Assembly: GCA_951406725.2 (NCBI GenBank)
Contig: OX597820.1
Coordinates: forward strand, 19,406,001-19,470,000
Direction of reading: 5' to 3'
From: Octopus vulgaris
Taxonomy: Eukaryota
Length of the DNA: 64,000 nucleotides
A model generated the notes under the pieces. It saw nothing but the letters and a program-made list of their open reading frames with translations, did not search any database and was not told the DNA's origin. The position numbers and the translations under genes were made by a program. Positions 51,725 to 62,926 of this stretch are shown here, one piece after another (within the stretch, counting starts at the first letter, position 1; each line of letters starts with the position of its first letter).

Positions 51725-52075
51725 GTGGAAGCATGGCTGTGTGATTAAGAATCACACTTCTTAATCATATGATCTGGGTTCAGTCTCACCTCACCTCTGG
51801 CCCCAGGTTGGCCATTATCTTGTGAGTAAATTTGGCAGGTGAAACTGTGCAGGAGAAACCTATCATGCATCCATGTCTGTATGTGTGTGTGTGTGTGTGT
51901 ATTTGGGGGTGGACATCTTTGTGTTAGTCTCTCCACAGTTGACTACTGGCATTAGTGGGTTCGGCAAAGCAAGACCAACAGAAATAAACCCTAGATTTGA
52001 TTTGATTGGGGCTAAGCCCTTTTCAGGGTACCTCAACATGGGGCTGCAGTCCAATGACTGAAACAAAAGAATAAG
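51725..52075 (+). mobile_element. family A SINE, diverged
   Basis: Head, middle and tail modules recognisable. Confidence 0.7.
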
Positions 52076-52605
52076 AAAATATCTTTGTCTCTTTCTGTTT
52101 ATATATATATATATTTATTCACATGCAGTTAAATATATGTCCGGTCATAGTGACCAATGGTTTCACATCCACAGAGAACTTAGCTTTATGGATGGGAAAC
52201 CTTTGGTCACTCTAATACCAGACATATTTTTAATTGCATGTAAATACTTGACTGCTCTATCCTTTAGAGCATAGGTTCTCAAAGTTGGGCTCTACTGCCC
52301 CTCGGTGACCGCTGGTGCCTAAGGGGGCAGTAGAGAAAACGGAGCTGTCAAGAGGAAGGTAGTAGATTGGGGAACGCTATGAATGTATTATAATATTATA
52401 TTATTGTATACAGATTATATATATATAATAATATATTAAATATGAAATGATTCATAGTATATATAAATTAGTAAAGTATGAAATGTTTGTTTATACATAG
52501 AAATTGAAATGGGGGGCACTGAGGGTGTTAAGTGGTCATGAGCGGGGGTGCAGTGGCCCAAAATGCTCACATGTGTGCTTTGTTTTCGGATAAATGATCC
52601 ACTGA

Positions 52606-52653
<48 letters not shown>

Positions 52654-53249
52654 CTATTATGTTTAACTGTCATATGTCCAAATTTGGCCAAATGTGCTTT
52701 TTTTCCCTTTCAATATTTATTTTAGCTTTTGGTCAAATTATCATATATCTCCAGCTGCTTTGGATGCCAAGATATCAAAAATTGTCAAAGTGTAGTACAA
52801 TGGTTTTTGCTATGGAATGGTGAAACTATTTTTTTCATTTACTGAAAAAGCAACATTTTGGACTTATGACACTTTAGCGTAATAGCAATGATTATAGTTA
52901 TATGTAATATGAGAAATTGAGATAAAAACAAGTTTTTAATCATTGGTTCCTATGTATGTTTTACCATTGTGGTTGCTTTGGAAACCTTGGATGTTCCAAG
53001 TGTAATTGGATGTTGAACCACAATGGATCATCAAGGAAACACTTTATTACATTATGTTACAGAAAACTAATGTCTGTATGGAGCTAATATAATCTACGTG
53101 CAGCTCCAAACTGAAGTTTAACAGTCACATCTATTTGTGCACTCAATACATTATATATGTTTACATACTTGCATACACATATATACTTACATGCATATAT
53201 CACTCTTTTTTTCTTTCTCTCTTTCTTCACTGTTTTCTTCCTTCCATAC

Positions 53250-53285
53250 CTTTCCGTCGAAGAGCATAGGCTCGAAATGTTAAGA
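53250..53285 (+). ncRNA. degenerate hammerhead-like motif, same family as 38333-38368
   Basis: CTTT-CCGTCGA-A-GAGC atag GCTC-GAAAT-GTT-AAG; downstream TAATACATCTG shared with the 38.3-kb copy. Confidence 0.4.
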
Positions 53286-53798
53286 CTTTTCCATTTTCCC
53301 CAAGCATCAAAATAATACATCTGCTTATTGTTCTCTTACCTGTTTTTGTTTCCTGTACATGTGAACCAAACACACACATACACACGTATGTGTATACATA
53401 CATACATATATATATTAATTAACACAAACCTAGTTTATATGTTTTGTTTAAATACCCTATTTGCTGCGGGATAGCATCTGGGGAAAGCTCCCTACACAAC
53501 AGTCTCAGACCAAGCAAGAAAACTTGCCTTGAAATGATCGAAAGTGCTAGATACAGATATTTTGCCATTATTGTAGCCTACCAATACCATGTACTTGGAT
53601 CACTTCGAAACAAAATGAATTGCTGGTGTGGAACTTATAGACAAATAGTGAACTCTATATACTGATGTGCTCTGCTGTAGCACATGCTTAAGGAAATTAA
53701 ATTATGAATTAAAAACAGTTCTAGTAATGTAAACATTATATATATATATATATATTTTTCCCTCTGTCTTCCCTTCTCTGGATCTTTCCTTCTCCTAT

Positions 53799-53833
53799 GT
53801 TCCCGACGAAGAGCTCCGCTCAAAACGTTAAAC
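53799..53833 (+). ncRNA. degenerate hammerhead-like motif in a TA-embedded element (~53755-53925)
   Basis: GTTC-CCGACGA-A-GAGC tcc GCTC-AAAAC-GTT-AAAC; palindromic AACGTT stem III. Confidence 0.45.
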
Positions 53834-54029
53834 CCTTCTTCTTTCCTGAAGCGTCCAATAATACTATATTTGTTCCACATCCTCGCGTTGTTGTGTTTTT
53901 TGTGCTTTCATGTTTGGATTAACTTTATATATATATGTATCCCTTTATACTGTTCTGTATCACTCCCTTTCCAAAATAACTTCTTATATAATGAACTCAA
54001 CTAATTCCTTCCATTGAAGCTCTTAACTC

Positions 54030-54077
54030 GTCTCTGATGATGGGATATCTTTTATATCCCTGAAACAGCTGTAAGAC
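54030..54077 (+). ncRNA. minimal type I hammerhead ribozyme in a microsatellite-flanked element (~53935-54140)
   Basis: GTCT-CTGATGA-t-GGGATAT ctttt ATATCCC-t-GAAAC-agct-GTA-AGAC: canonical core, 7-bp stem II, palindromic stem III ACAGCTGT, stem I GTCT/AGAC. Confidence 0.8.
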
Positions 54078-54225
54078 CCCTTTTCTCTTTATAAATGTCC
54101 TAGAAATATCACATTGCCTTAGGCTTATCTTATTTTATTTAACACACACACACATATGTTTAGTTGTTAATAATGACGGAAAGGAATTTGTAAAATAATT
54201 TTGGTTAATGATAGCTGTTGATAAT

Positions 54226-55070
54226 AGGCGCAGGCATAGCTGAGTGGTAAGAATTCCGCTTCCCAACCACATGGTTCCTGGTTCAGTCCTACCATGGAAC
54301 TTCATGCATGTGTCTTCTACTATAGCGTTAGGCCAAACAAATCCTTGTGCAGTGGAAACTGAAAGAAGCCCATGTGTTGGTTTGTTTATTCCCCCCCCCC
54401 CCATAACTTAGCAGATCAACAAAGAAACCTATAGAATAAGTACCAGATTTAAAAACAAATTAAATTTTTTAAAAAAGTGGATCTTTTCGATTTGAACAGC
54501 AGTTTTTTAAAATAATTTCCACGTAACTAAACACTTTTAAACTTCGTATGCTGGTAGAATGTGTTTATAAAACATCTTTTTCTCTTGGCTTTATTGAGAA
54601 AATTCTGTAGTTTCGAAGATATTTGTTGTTTTTTTTTTTTTTTTTTTTTTTTTTTCAATTTCTGCAATTTCAACCAATCAATGACGTCTATTGAGGTAAA
54701 AAAAAAAAACATTCTGTGTCGTATGAATATGTCCCTCGTTTAAGAAACAGGTTGGGTTTATTTACATTTGTGAAGAAAAAAAAAAGATACCCTTCCCCCC
54801 CACCCCTAACCGTAAAACAGATTGAAATGCAATAGATCGATACTAGGGTCATAATTATGGGTGACAATTTCATATGACACCGCTAGAAAAAAACAGCCGG
54901 TCAAACCGAAAAGATCCCAACCTATAGAATAATTACCAGATTTAAAAACAGAAATTAAATTAAAAAAAACAGTTACTGGGTGGTGGGATCGATTCGTCCC
55001 AATTAAAACCCTTTGAAAGGTAGTTACCCCGCCATGGCTGCAGCCCAATGACTGAAGCAAGCAAAAGATG
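54226..55070 (+). mobile_element. family A SINE interrupted by a family H MITE
   Basis: Head at 54226; tail ATGGCTGCAGCCCAATGACTGAAGCAAG near 55034-55062. Confidence 0.75.
54479..54917. mobile_element. Merlin-like MITE (family H), second copy
   Basis: Colinear with 26614-27035; TIRs GGATCTTTTCG / CGAAAAGATCC. Confidence 0.85.
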
Positions 55071-55837
55071 TTAAGCGTGGGTCCTCTTTGACATAGTTTT
55101 CATGTTTCAACCATCAGTGTATCTCTCATTTCCCTCTGCTGGTAGTGTGTGTATCTTGTTATTTTCCCTGTGTTTCATGTCTGCCTGTTATTTCCTCTTT
55201 TAGCGATGGTATTTCCATCAACTGCTGACCTCTAACAATTCAAGCCCAACATTTAACTACACTGACCTTACTCAAGTCATTTCCACTCCTTTACAAGTCT
55301 GTTGTGTGGCCTAGCCTTAAACTCTTCTGCCACATCCCTTTCAGTAGTAGTAGCAGTAGTAGTGGTAGTAATAGTAGTGTGTGTCTAGCAGTGTACTGAG
55401 AAACCTTATAATTTTCTCCTATGTAAATGACATATATAGCCTAGATTTCTGTTATAGAATCTGAAATATTTTGTTTCACAGTTACTGTAGCAACCAGTGT
55501 TGCTTGTTAAAAACTCTGGAATAATGGGGAGAACCAAAGTGTATAGTTTCAACCCATTCTTTGTAGAATAAATAATTTAATATACAGGCATAGTGGCTGA
55601 AATGGCTTTCAATGTGAAGTGAGAATGTGTGTGTGTTTGAGTGAGTGACAAGCCAGAGTGGAGAGCCCGGTTTAGAAACATCTTGTATCTTAGTATTAAG
55701 TGACCTGGTGTTGGGTGTTTTTTTTTTTTTTTTCGTTGTAATGTTCTTGGTGAGGATGAATGGAGGGAAATGTGAAAATGAGGTTGGTAAATGTTCTGAA
55801 GGAACTAAGAATAGAAATTGAAGAAATAGTTGCACAG

Positions 55838-56385
55838 ACACACACACACACACATACACATAGGCATATATGTGTTAAGTGTGTGTGTGTGTATTATATG
55901 CATACATGTATATATTGTGTGTGTGTGTGTGTGTGTATAATATGCATACACATATATTGTGTGTGAGTGTGTGTGTATACATACATGTGTGTGCATACAT
56001 ATATGTACATTGTGTGTATACACACACGTATGTATATATATGTATATACAGGTGTATATATACATATATGTATTTTATTTGTTTTACACACACACAGATG
56101 TGATCTATTTATCCCTCCTGCTCTCTCTTTATACACACACATACATGCATGTATAAGTAAAATATACACACACGTGTACATTGTGTATATATATGTGTGT
56201 GTGTGTATATATGTGTATGCATATATGTGTGTGTGTATATTTGTATGTGTATATACATAATGTATATATGTGTGTGTATGTATATATGTATGTGTGCATG
56301 TATATATATATATGTGTGTATATACGTGTTTATGTATATGTGTATATATTTATGTGTGTGTGTATATATATATATATATATGCAT
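55838..56385. repeat. long compound CA/TG/TA microsatellite region
   Basis: Directly visible. Confidence 0.9.
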
Positions 56386-57319
56386 GCAATGAGAAAGGGA
56401 CTAAAGATAATTCCAGAGTTTAGTACTAAATGTGCTGCCTTTTTGTTATTTTCTGTGAAACCCTTTTATTCATCTTTTTTTTTCCCTGTTGGTCTCAGTA
56501 ATTAGATTGTGGCCATGCTGGAGCACAGCCTTCAAGAGTTTAGTTAATTATGTGACCCTCCCCCCTCACGCATACACATATGCACTTTCGTTCCAGTTCT
56601 CATTCATTTGATATCTATTTGTCAAAAACATCTTAAAGGTGTGGTGGGCAGGGGCAGAAATGATTCTGGTTTTTAAACTGGAGCATGACTTTGTGGGGTC
56701 TGATCAATTATATATGAAGCATAAATATACTTAGATATGGGTGTGTGTGTTCATATGGTGGGCTCCCACCGTTTCCGCCTACCAAATTCTAGTCACAAGG
56801 TATGAGCCAAACCTTGTGAGTCATTATAATTTTAAATATCTTTTGAAAAATTTTACAATTTTCATCTTAACAAACTACCATGTAACAAAAAAATTTAATT
56901 TTTTTTTTTTTGAGAAATTGTAAAGAAATTTGATGTGTAGCTTTCCTCCTCCTCTCTTTCAATCCCTCTCTCTCTCCTCCCTCCCTCTATCTCTCTCTAG
57001 TCAACACTCATTTTCACAGATTATTCTTCATTGACTTAATATCAGATTGTTAAAACCTCATTCTATCAATAGTTCATTTCCATCAGATCAATGATCTCAC
57101 CTATTAGCTATCATTGCCAGATCAATATTACATCATAAAGTAAATAAATAAATAAATAAATAAACAAACAAACAAAAAATAAATAAATAATAGAAACTGG
57201 AGAAAAAACGTTGCTATGTAACCACTATTAATTAGGATGTAATCATTTATTTTCGAACAAATGAGTTTTGTTGTATCTGTTAACAACGAAAATCTAACCA
57301 CTAGCTGGTTATTTTTCTC

Positions 57320-57695
57320 ACTTACTTGCTTTAGTCATTAGACTGTGGCCATGCTGGAGCACTGCCTCGAAATTCTTGAATTTTTTTGTCAAATGAATCA
57401 ACCCCAGTGCTTATCTGTTTCTCTCGTTTTGTTAGTCCTGGTTCTTATTCTATTGGTCTCTTTTGCCAAACTGCTAAGTCACGTGGATGTAAACAGACCA
57501 ACACCGGTTGTCAAGTCAGTCATGGTAGAATGGGGACAGAAACATACACACACACATATTTCAAGGGTTTTTTTGTTTTAGTTTCCGTCTACTAAATCCA
57601 CTCGCAAGGTTTTGGTTGTCCAAGGCGCCATGCAGTGGAACTGAAACCAGAACCATGTGCACAAGAAGCAAGCTTCTTACCACACAGCCATACCT
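57320..57695 (-). mobile_element. family A SINE, diverged
   Basis: Reverse complement of family A. Confidence 0.75.
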
Positions 57696-57844
57696 ACAAA
57701 GTTCTTCTGAATTTTATTTTAACTCGATAATAAAACTATATTCCTCTGGGGAGTGAACAATGTTAGGAAAGAACAAACAAATCAAATTGAATCTTGTATA
57801 ACAGTTAAGTATGGGGATCAATTTGTTCAACTAAACCATTTAAC

Positions 57845-58240
57845 TCTTTAGTTGTTTTCATAAGTTCTGAATTAAAATCTTCCACCAAGCCTTAGTCACA
57901 ATTTATGTTCCTAACACTAGCTTAATGATAACTAAGTTATTTTACTAAATTCTTTGTTATATTTAAAATTAATTGAAAGGAACACATTATCTCAAAAGAA
58001 ATTTGGTAACAAAATGGTTAAAATATATAAAAGAGAAACAATTCTTAAACCTTTTGATACCAACCCGGCTGAAACCACCTCTGGCTTTGTAGTACAAATG
58101 TCTTGTTTTCAAAAGTTCTAAATTAAAATCTTCCACCAAGCCTTAGTCACAATTTATGTTCCTAAGACTAGCTTAATGATAACTAAGTTATTTTACTAAA
58201 TTCTTTGTTATATTTAAAATTAATTGAAAGAAACACAGAG
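57845..58240. mobile_element. two tandem, near-identical family F MITE segments
   Basis: AATTAAAATCTTCCACCAAGCCTTAGTCACAATTTATGTTCC...GAAACACA-type segment repeated about 250 bp apart. Confidence 0.8.
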
Positions 58241-58356
58241 CATAAATAATTCATTTGTACTGGTCATTCAGTAAAATCTGAATGCTCATTCATTGTCTCC
58301 GAAGGGAGAGTCCATTATATATATATATGATGATGATATATATATATATATATATA

Positions 58357-58748
58357 TGCTAGCAGTATAGCCAAGCGATGTTTGGGCTTGTTTTCTTTGA
58401 GACCCTTTAGAATTGGAATTTTTGAAAAGTAAAAATTTTGCATTATGTAGCTTGTTATTCTCTTTAAGTGAACATTTTTCTGGTTGAAATACACCGAAAA
58501 AAGGCAACACAGCAGTAAAAAAATCTTTAAATATAGGGATTTTCATAGAAAAAAAAAGCACCTTTTTGATGTAAATAAATTTTGGTGTTAACATGGTTCG
58601 ATTTTAATTTTTTCTTCTACGGAAGGAAGAGCAAGCCTTCTTCTGTCATACTCTCAATTTTGGTCAACTTGCGCCGTAGAGTCTCGAAGGAGATAGTGTT
58701 AGTTGAAGGCTACCAAACCTGCCATACACAGACAACTTCAGCTTTATA

Positions 58749-58750
<2 letters not shown>
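58357..58750 (+). mobile_element. Helitron-like non-autonomous element in a TA array
   Basis: Starts CTAGCAGTATAGCCAAGCGATGTTTGGG (CTAG plus hairpin) and ends ACACAGACAACTTCAGCTTTATATA, the layout of Lep1/MINE-type Helitron derivatives. Confidence 0.55.
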
Positions 58751-58796
<46 letters not shown>

Positions 58797-59369
58797 GTAT
58801 GTGTAGCAGCTTTATTATTTTAACATCCATTTTCCCATGCTTGTAAGGGCTGGACAGAATTTTTGTTGGAAGTAGATTTTCTATGCCCTTCTTGTCTCCC
58901 ACTCCCCTCTTACCTGTTTTTCCAAGACCACCAGATAAGCACCAGTGGACATATCTATTTCGTGACTGCATACAATTTTTGCCAGTACTATATTCATTTG
59001 AGAAATCCTCAGAGATCGAGGTCTCCTTGTATTTGTAGCAATTTTGGGGGTGGTTTTAACTCTGTTGTTCATAAACAAAGAGAGTGTAATGTACAGGAGT
59101 CTTTTGTTGGTGAGTGTAATGATTGAATCAGTGTCCTGTTGAAAGGGATTTGGTTGGCTGTCGTGTCATTGAAGGAAGTTTCCAATATCTCTGTTTGGAA
59201 GCTATGAATGAAGTGCCTGTGTGATGTATCGAAGTTACATATGAGTGGTGGCTGTGTGTCAGAGATTAAGAAGCTAAAGTTATTGATCTCTTCTTTAAGA
59301 GTTGTGCAAATTACTTCTCTGTACTTCAAGCAAGCAATATTTTGTATATGTGTATAGATGTATATCTTC

Positions 59370-59757
59370 CACTTGTTTCAATCATTTGACTGTGGCCAAT
59401 GCCGAGGCACCACCTTGAAGGGTTTTAGTCGAACAAATTGACCCTAAGATTTATTAATTTTCAAAGCCTAGTACTTATTCCATCAGTTGCTTTTGCTGAA
59501 CTGCTAGGTTACAGGGACGTAAACACACTACCACTAGTTGTCAAACAGTGGTGAAGAACAAACACAGACAGAGAGAGAGACACACACGCATACATATATG
59601 ATGGGCTTCTTTCAGTTTCCGTCTACCAAATCCACTTTCAAGGCTTTGGTCAGCCTGAGGCAATAGTAGAAGATACTTGCCCAGGGTGCCACACAGTGGG
59701 ACTGAACCTGGAACCACGTGGTTGAGAAGCAAGCTACTTACCACACAGCCATGCCTG

Positions 59758-59758
<1 letters not shown>
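59370..59758 (-). mobile_element. family A SINE, full length
   Basis: Reverse complement of family A. Confidence 0.88.
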
Positions 59759-59796
<38 letters not shown>

Positions 59797-60246
59797 CTTC
59801 GTCATTTTAGCATCCATTTTCCCATGCTTGTAAGGGTTGGATAGAATTTTTGTCGAAAGTGGATTTTCTGTATTCTTCTTGTCACCCTCCCTTACCTGTT
59901 TCCAAGTAAGGTAATATTTCCCACATGATGGAGTCATTCATTTCCAGCAATCACATGATGTCAAGCAATGAGACCATAACACCCACATGTGTAATCTGAA
60001 TGCTAAGGGGTTAGTCCTCCTGTTGAATGTAGATGTTTGATGTTGCTGCCCTCATTCCCAATTGTGATGTTGGCTCCTCTGGAACTCTCAACCATAGAGA
60101 GATTTAGTTTCCTTCTGAAGACATGTACATCCTTCAGGAATATATTGAAGAGCTCTGGGCCCTCGAATCCCATGCATATGAATCAGATGGACATTAGAAG
60201 TGACAGTGGTTAAAACCAATTCAGTTTTTTGTTACTTAAAGCTTAC

Positions 60247-60494
60247 CGAACATGGAACTTTCCTAATTTCAATTACAGCACAGATTCTGCTTGATCCAAA
60301 TAATAATGTAAATAGTAATAATAATACTTGAATACGCTTATCGGTTCTGCGTCTATTATTTGCCATTGAAAGCAATCTGGGGAGATTGTGTTCTTGATCA
60401 TATGGTATTGATTTCCAGATCTCTTGGGGTGAATAGCATAAACTGATGTAATTTCCTTTTGCCTCTTCCAGGACCTGAAGAGATGAACTTGTTG
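60247..60494 (-). other. candidate 248-nt exon with one fully open frame, possibly encoding a signal peptide
   Basis: Acceptor ATATTTACAG and donor TCG|GTAAGC; 82 open codons; from ATG 60366 reads MANNRRRTDKRIQVLLLLFTLLFGSSRICAVIEIRKVPCS. Confidence 0.25.
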
Positions 60495-60617
60495 CTGTAA
60501 ATATTTAATGAAACACTAAGAATAGAGAAATTTCTATGCCATTGAGTGCATCTCTGTGTGATTGCTTGATCTACCAGATTTAGCAGCCAAATCTCTCTTG
60601 AATCGTACTCTACCAAT

Positions 60618-61045
60618 TTAAGCCTTTAGCATTCAGAATACTCTGTCAAATGTAATGCTTATTTATTCATGTTGTTTTGAATTAATCAGGCTTTTTGTCA
60701 TAGCTTTGATATTTCGATGTTGTGATTATTTATTTTCAGAATGACATTGTAGGATAGGTGTGAGAGGCTGGATCTGGCCAGTTTAAATCTTAACTCTTTA
60801 GCATTCAGATTGTTGTGTCAAATATAGTGCTTATTTATTCACATTGTTTTGAATTAATTATGCAGTATGTTGCAGCTTTGAAATCTTGATGATATGATTG
60901 TCTGTGTGAAAGACTGGATTTGGCCAGCTTGAACAAAGGCAGGTAGATTATTTAGGCTGGATGAGACTTTTGACCCTTTATCATTTAGATTAATTAATCT
61001 CTCAAATGTAATGCTTTTTTATACATTGTTTTGAATTTATTATGC
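60618..61045 (+). mobile_element. cluster of three nested or tandem family E MITE left parts
   Basis: Repeated CTTTAGCATTCAGA..TCAAATGTAATGCTTATTTATTCA motif. Confidence 0.75.
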
Positions 61046-61750
61046 TGTAGAAACTCTGCCAAATCAAGATTGTAGCCTGGTGCAGCCATCTGGTTCGCCA
61101 GCCCTCAATCAAAATCGTCCAACCCATGCTAGCATTGAAAGCGGACGTTAAACGATGATGATGATGATATGCATTATTTCATAGCTTCAAAATTTCGGAC
61201 ATTGATGTTTAGCCAAATGGTCACCACTTTTAGTAGTCTGTAAATGTGTCTGGTAGTTGAGTTATGTGGCACTTGGCTAAATTAAATCTTCCGGTCAGAC
61301 AGGTCAGTTGGTTGGTTGATTGGTCCAAAAACGAAACAACATGGAGGCTACTGTGGCGCTAGTAGTGTGCGCAAGAATGCCTCCAAGAAGGCCACCTTGT
61401 TTGTTCAGTCCGCTGGCTCATTGAGACAACTTGCTGAGCAGCCAGCATTGGTGTGAGTGAAAGAACTACGTGCCGAGAGAGCTCTAAAGCAAAAGAAGGA
61501 AAATTTTCTAGTATGGCAACTGTTATGCTTTATACAAATGCCAAACTGGAAACAGACGGAAACGTTCCATTCTAACCAATCACAGAAAATGATACAAAAC
61601 ATACAACCACACAAAGTCGACTGAGCCATCTTTGAAATGGAGAAACGTGTATTTGCATGGAAACCAATATGCAACACAGAGCTGCTACAGATGGATAAGT
61701 GTAAGAAGTCAGACCCAAACAGTTTGAGCATAAAACAGATAGAATATTTT

Positions 61751-61989
61751 GGGCGGTAAGCTGGCAGAAACGTTAGCACGCTGGGCGAAATGCTTAGTGT
61801 CATTTCGTCTGCCATTACGTTCTGAGTTCAAATTCCGCCGAGGTCAACTTTGCCTTTCATCCTTTTGGGGGTCGATAAATTAAGTACCAGTTACACACTG
61901 GTTTCAATGAAATCGACTTAATCCGTTTGTCCTTGTTTGCCCCCTCTGTGTTTAGCCCCTTGTGGGCAATAAAGAAATAATATGAAATA
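61751..61989 (+). mobile_element. family B SINE monomer inserted in a family E MITE
   Basis: Full head GGCGGTAAGCTGGCAGAAACGTTAGC; flanking duplication AGAATATTTTGGG. Confidence 0.9.
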
Positions 61990-62699
61990 AGAATATTTTG
62001 GGCCAGATATGGCCAGTTAAAATGCTTAAGAGCTTGCGTGTTAAGTTTCTGAATTACTCTTAAAGACGCATGGAAGTTGTTCAACATCTGCTGTTAGGCT
62101 TGGATTCTAACAAAACATTTCATATATTTCTCTCTCTAGTTAAGACTTCATATTTATAGTTCTTTCATATGGATATAACTTGGTTAATTAACAGGTTTTG
62201 GTTTCAGAGTACCATTCACGGTTCTTTCATTGATTAGTTATTTTAGGATTAATTGAAAAGCACATTCAAACTCTAAGCAAGCTTAATTTTTAGACTTATG
62301 TATATATTTATACACACACACACACACACAAGCACATTTTATGTTTTTGTTTAAAATTCCTAAAGCTATATGCAGAACTATATTTTGCCATATTTGTCAT
62401 ATTCAATATACCATAAATAATTTTATTTATTTATCGTTACCTTATAAATATAGAATTTCTTTTCAGTTCTTCAAAATATTTTAAATGTAACTTCGAGCTT
62501 TACTTAGATTAATTACATCTACACAAAGTTCCAGGAAATATCTTTGAAGTTAGGTTTTCACCTTTCTCTTTACATTTTACATAAAGAAAGTGTGTAGTTA
62601 TAATTCCCAAAACAAGCAAAATGTGTTTGAATAGTGTAAGAATTCAAAGTAATATGTTTTATTAAACCTTTAAAACTTTGTTTGTTTAGGAGCTATGCT

Positions 62700-62926
62700 T
62701 TTAAGTTTTAGCATTCAAATTACTTTATCAAATGTAATTCTTATTCATTCACATTGTTGTAAATTAATTACGCGTTATCTCATAGCTTCAAGATTTTGAT
62801 GATGTGATTGCTTAGTTTTAGAAGGACATTGCAGGGTGGGTGTGAGCAGTTGGATCTGGCTAGCGTCACCATATAACAGGGAAAATATCTGGGCCGGATA
62901 TGGCTGGTTTCAATGCTAAACAGTTA
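62700..62926. mobile_element. family E MITE, diverged
   Basis: Colinear with 1672-1891; TTAA at both ends. Confidence 0.75.

Noticed and set aside
59069-59329. Minus-strand 86-aa ORF as a LINE or gene fragment
   Set aside because: No diagnostic RT or endonuclease motif could be identified by eye
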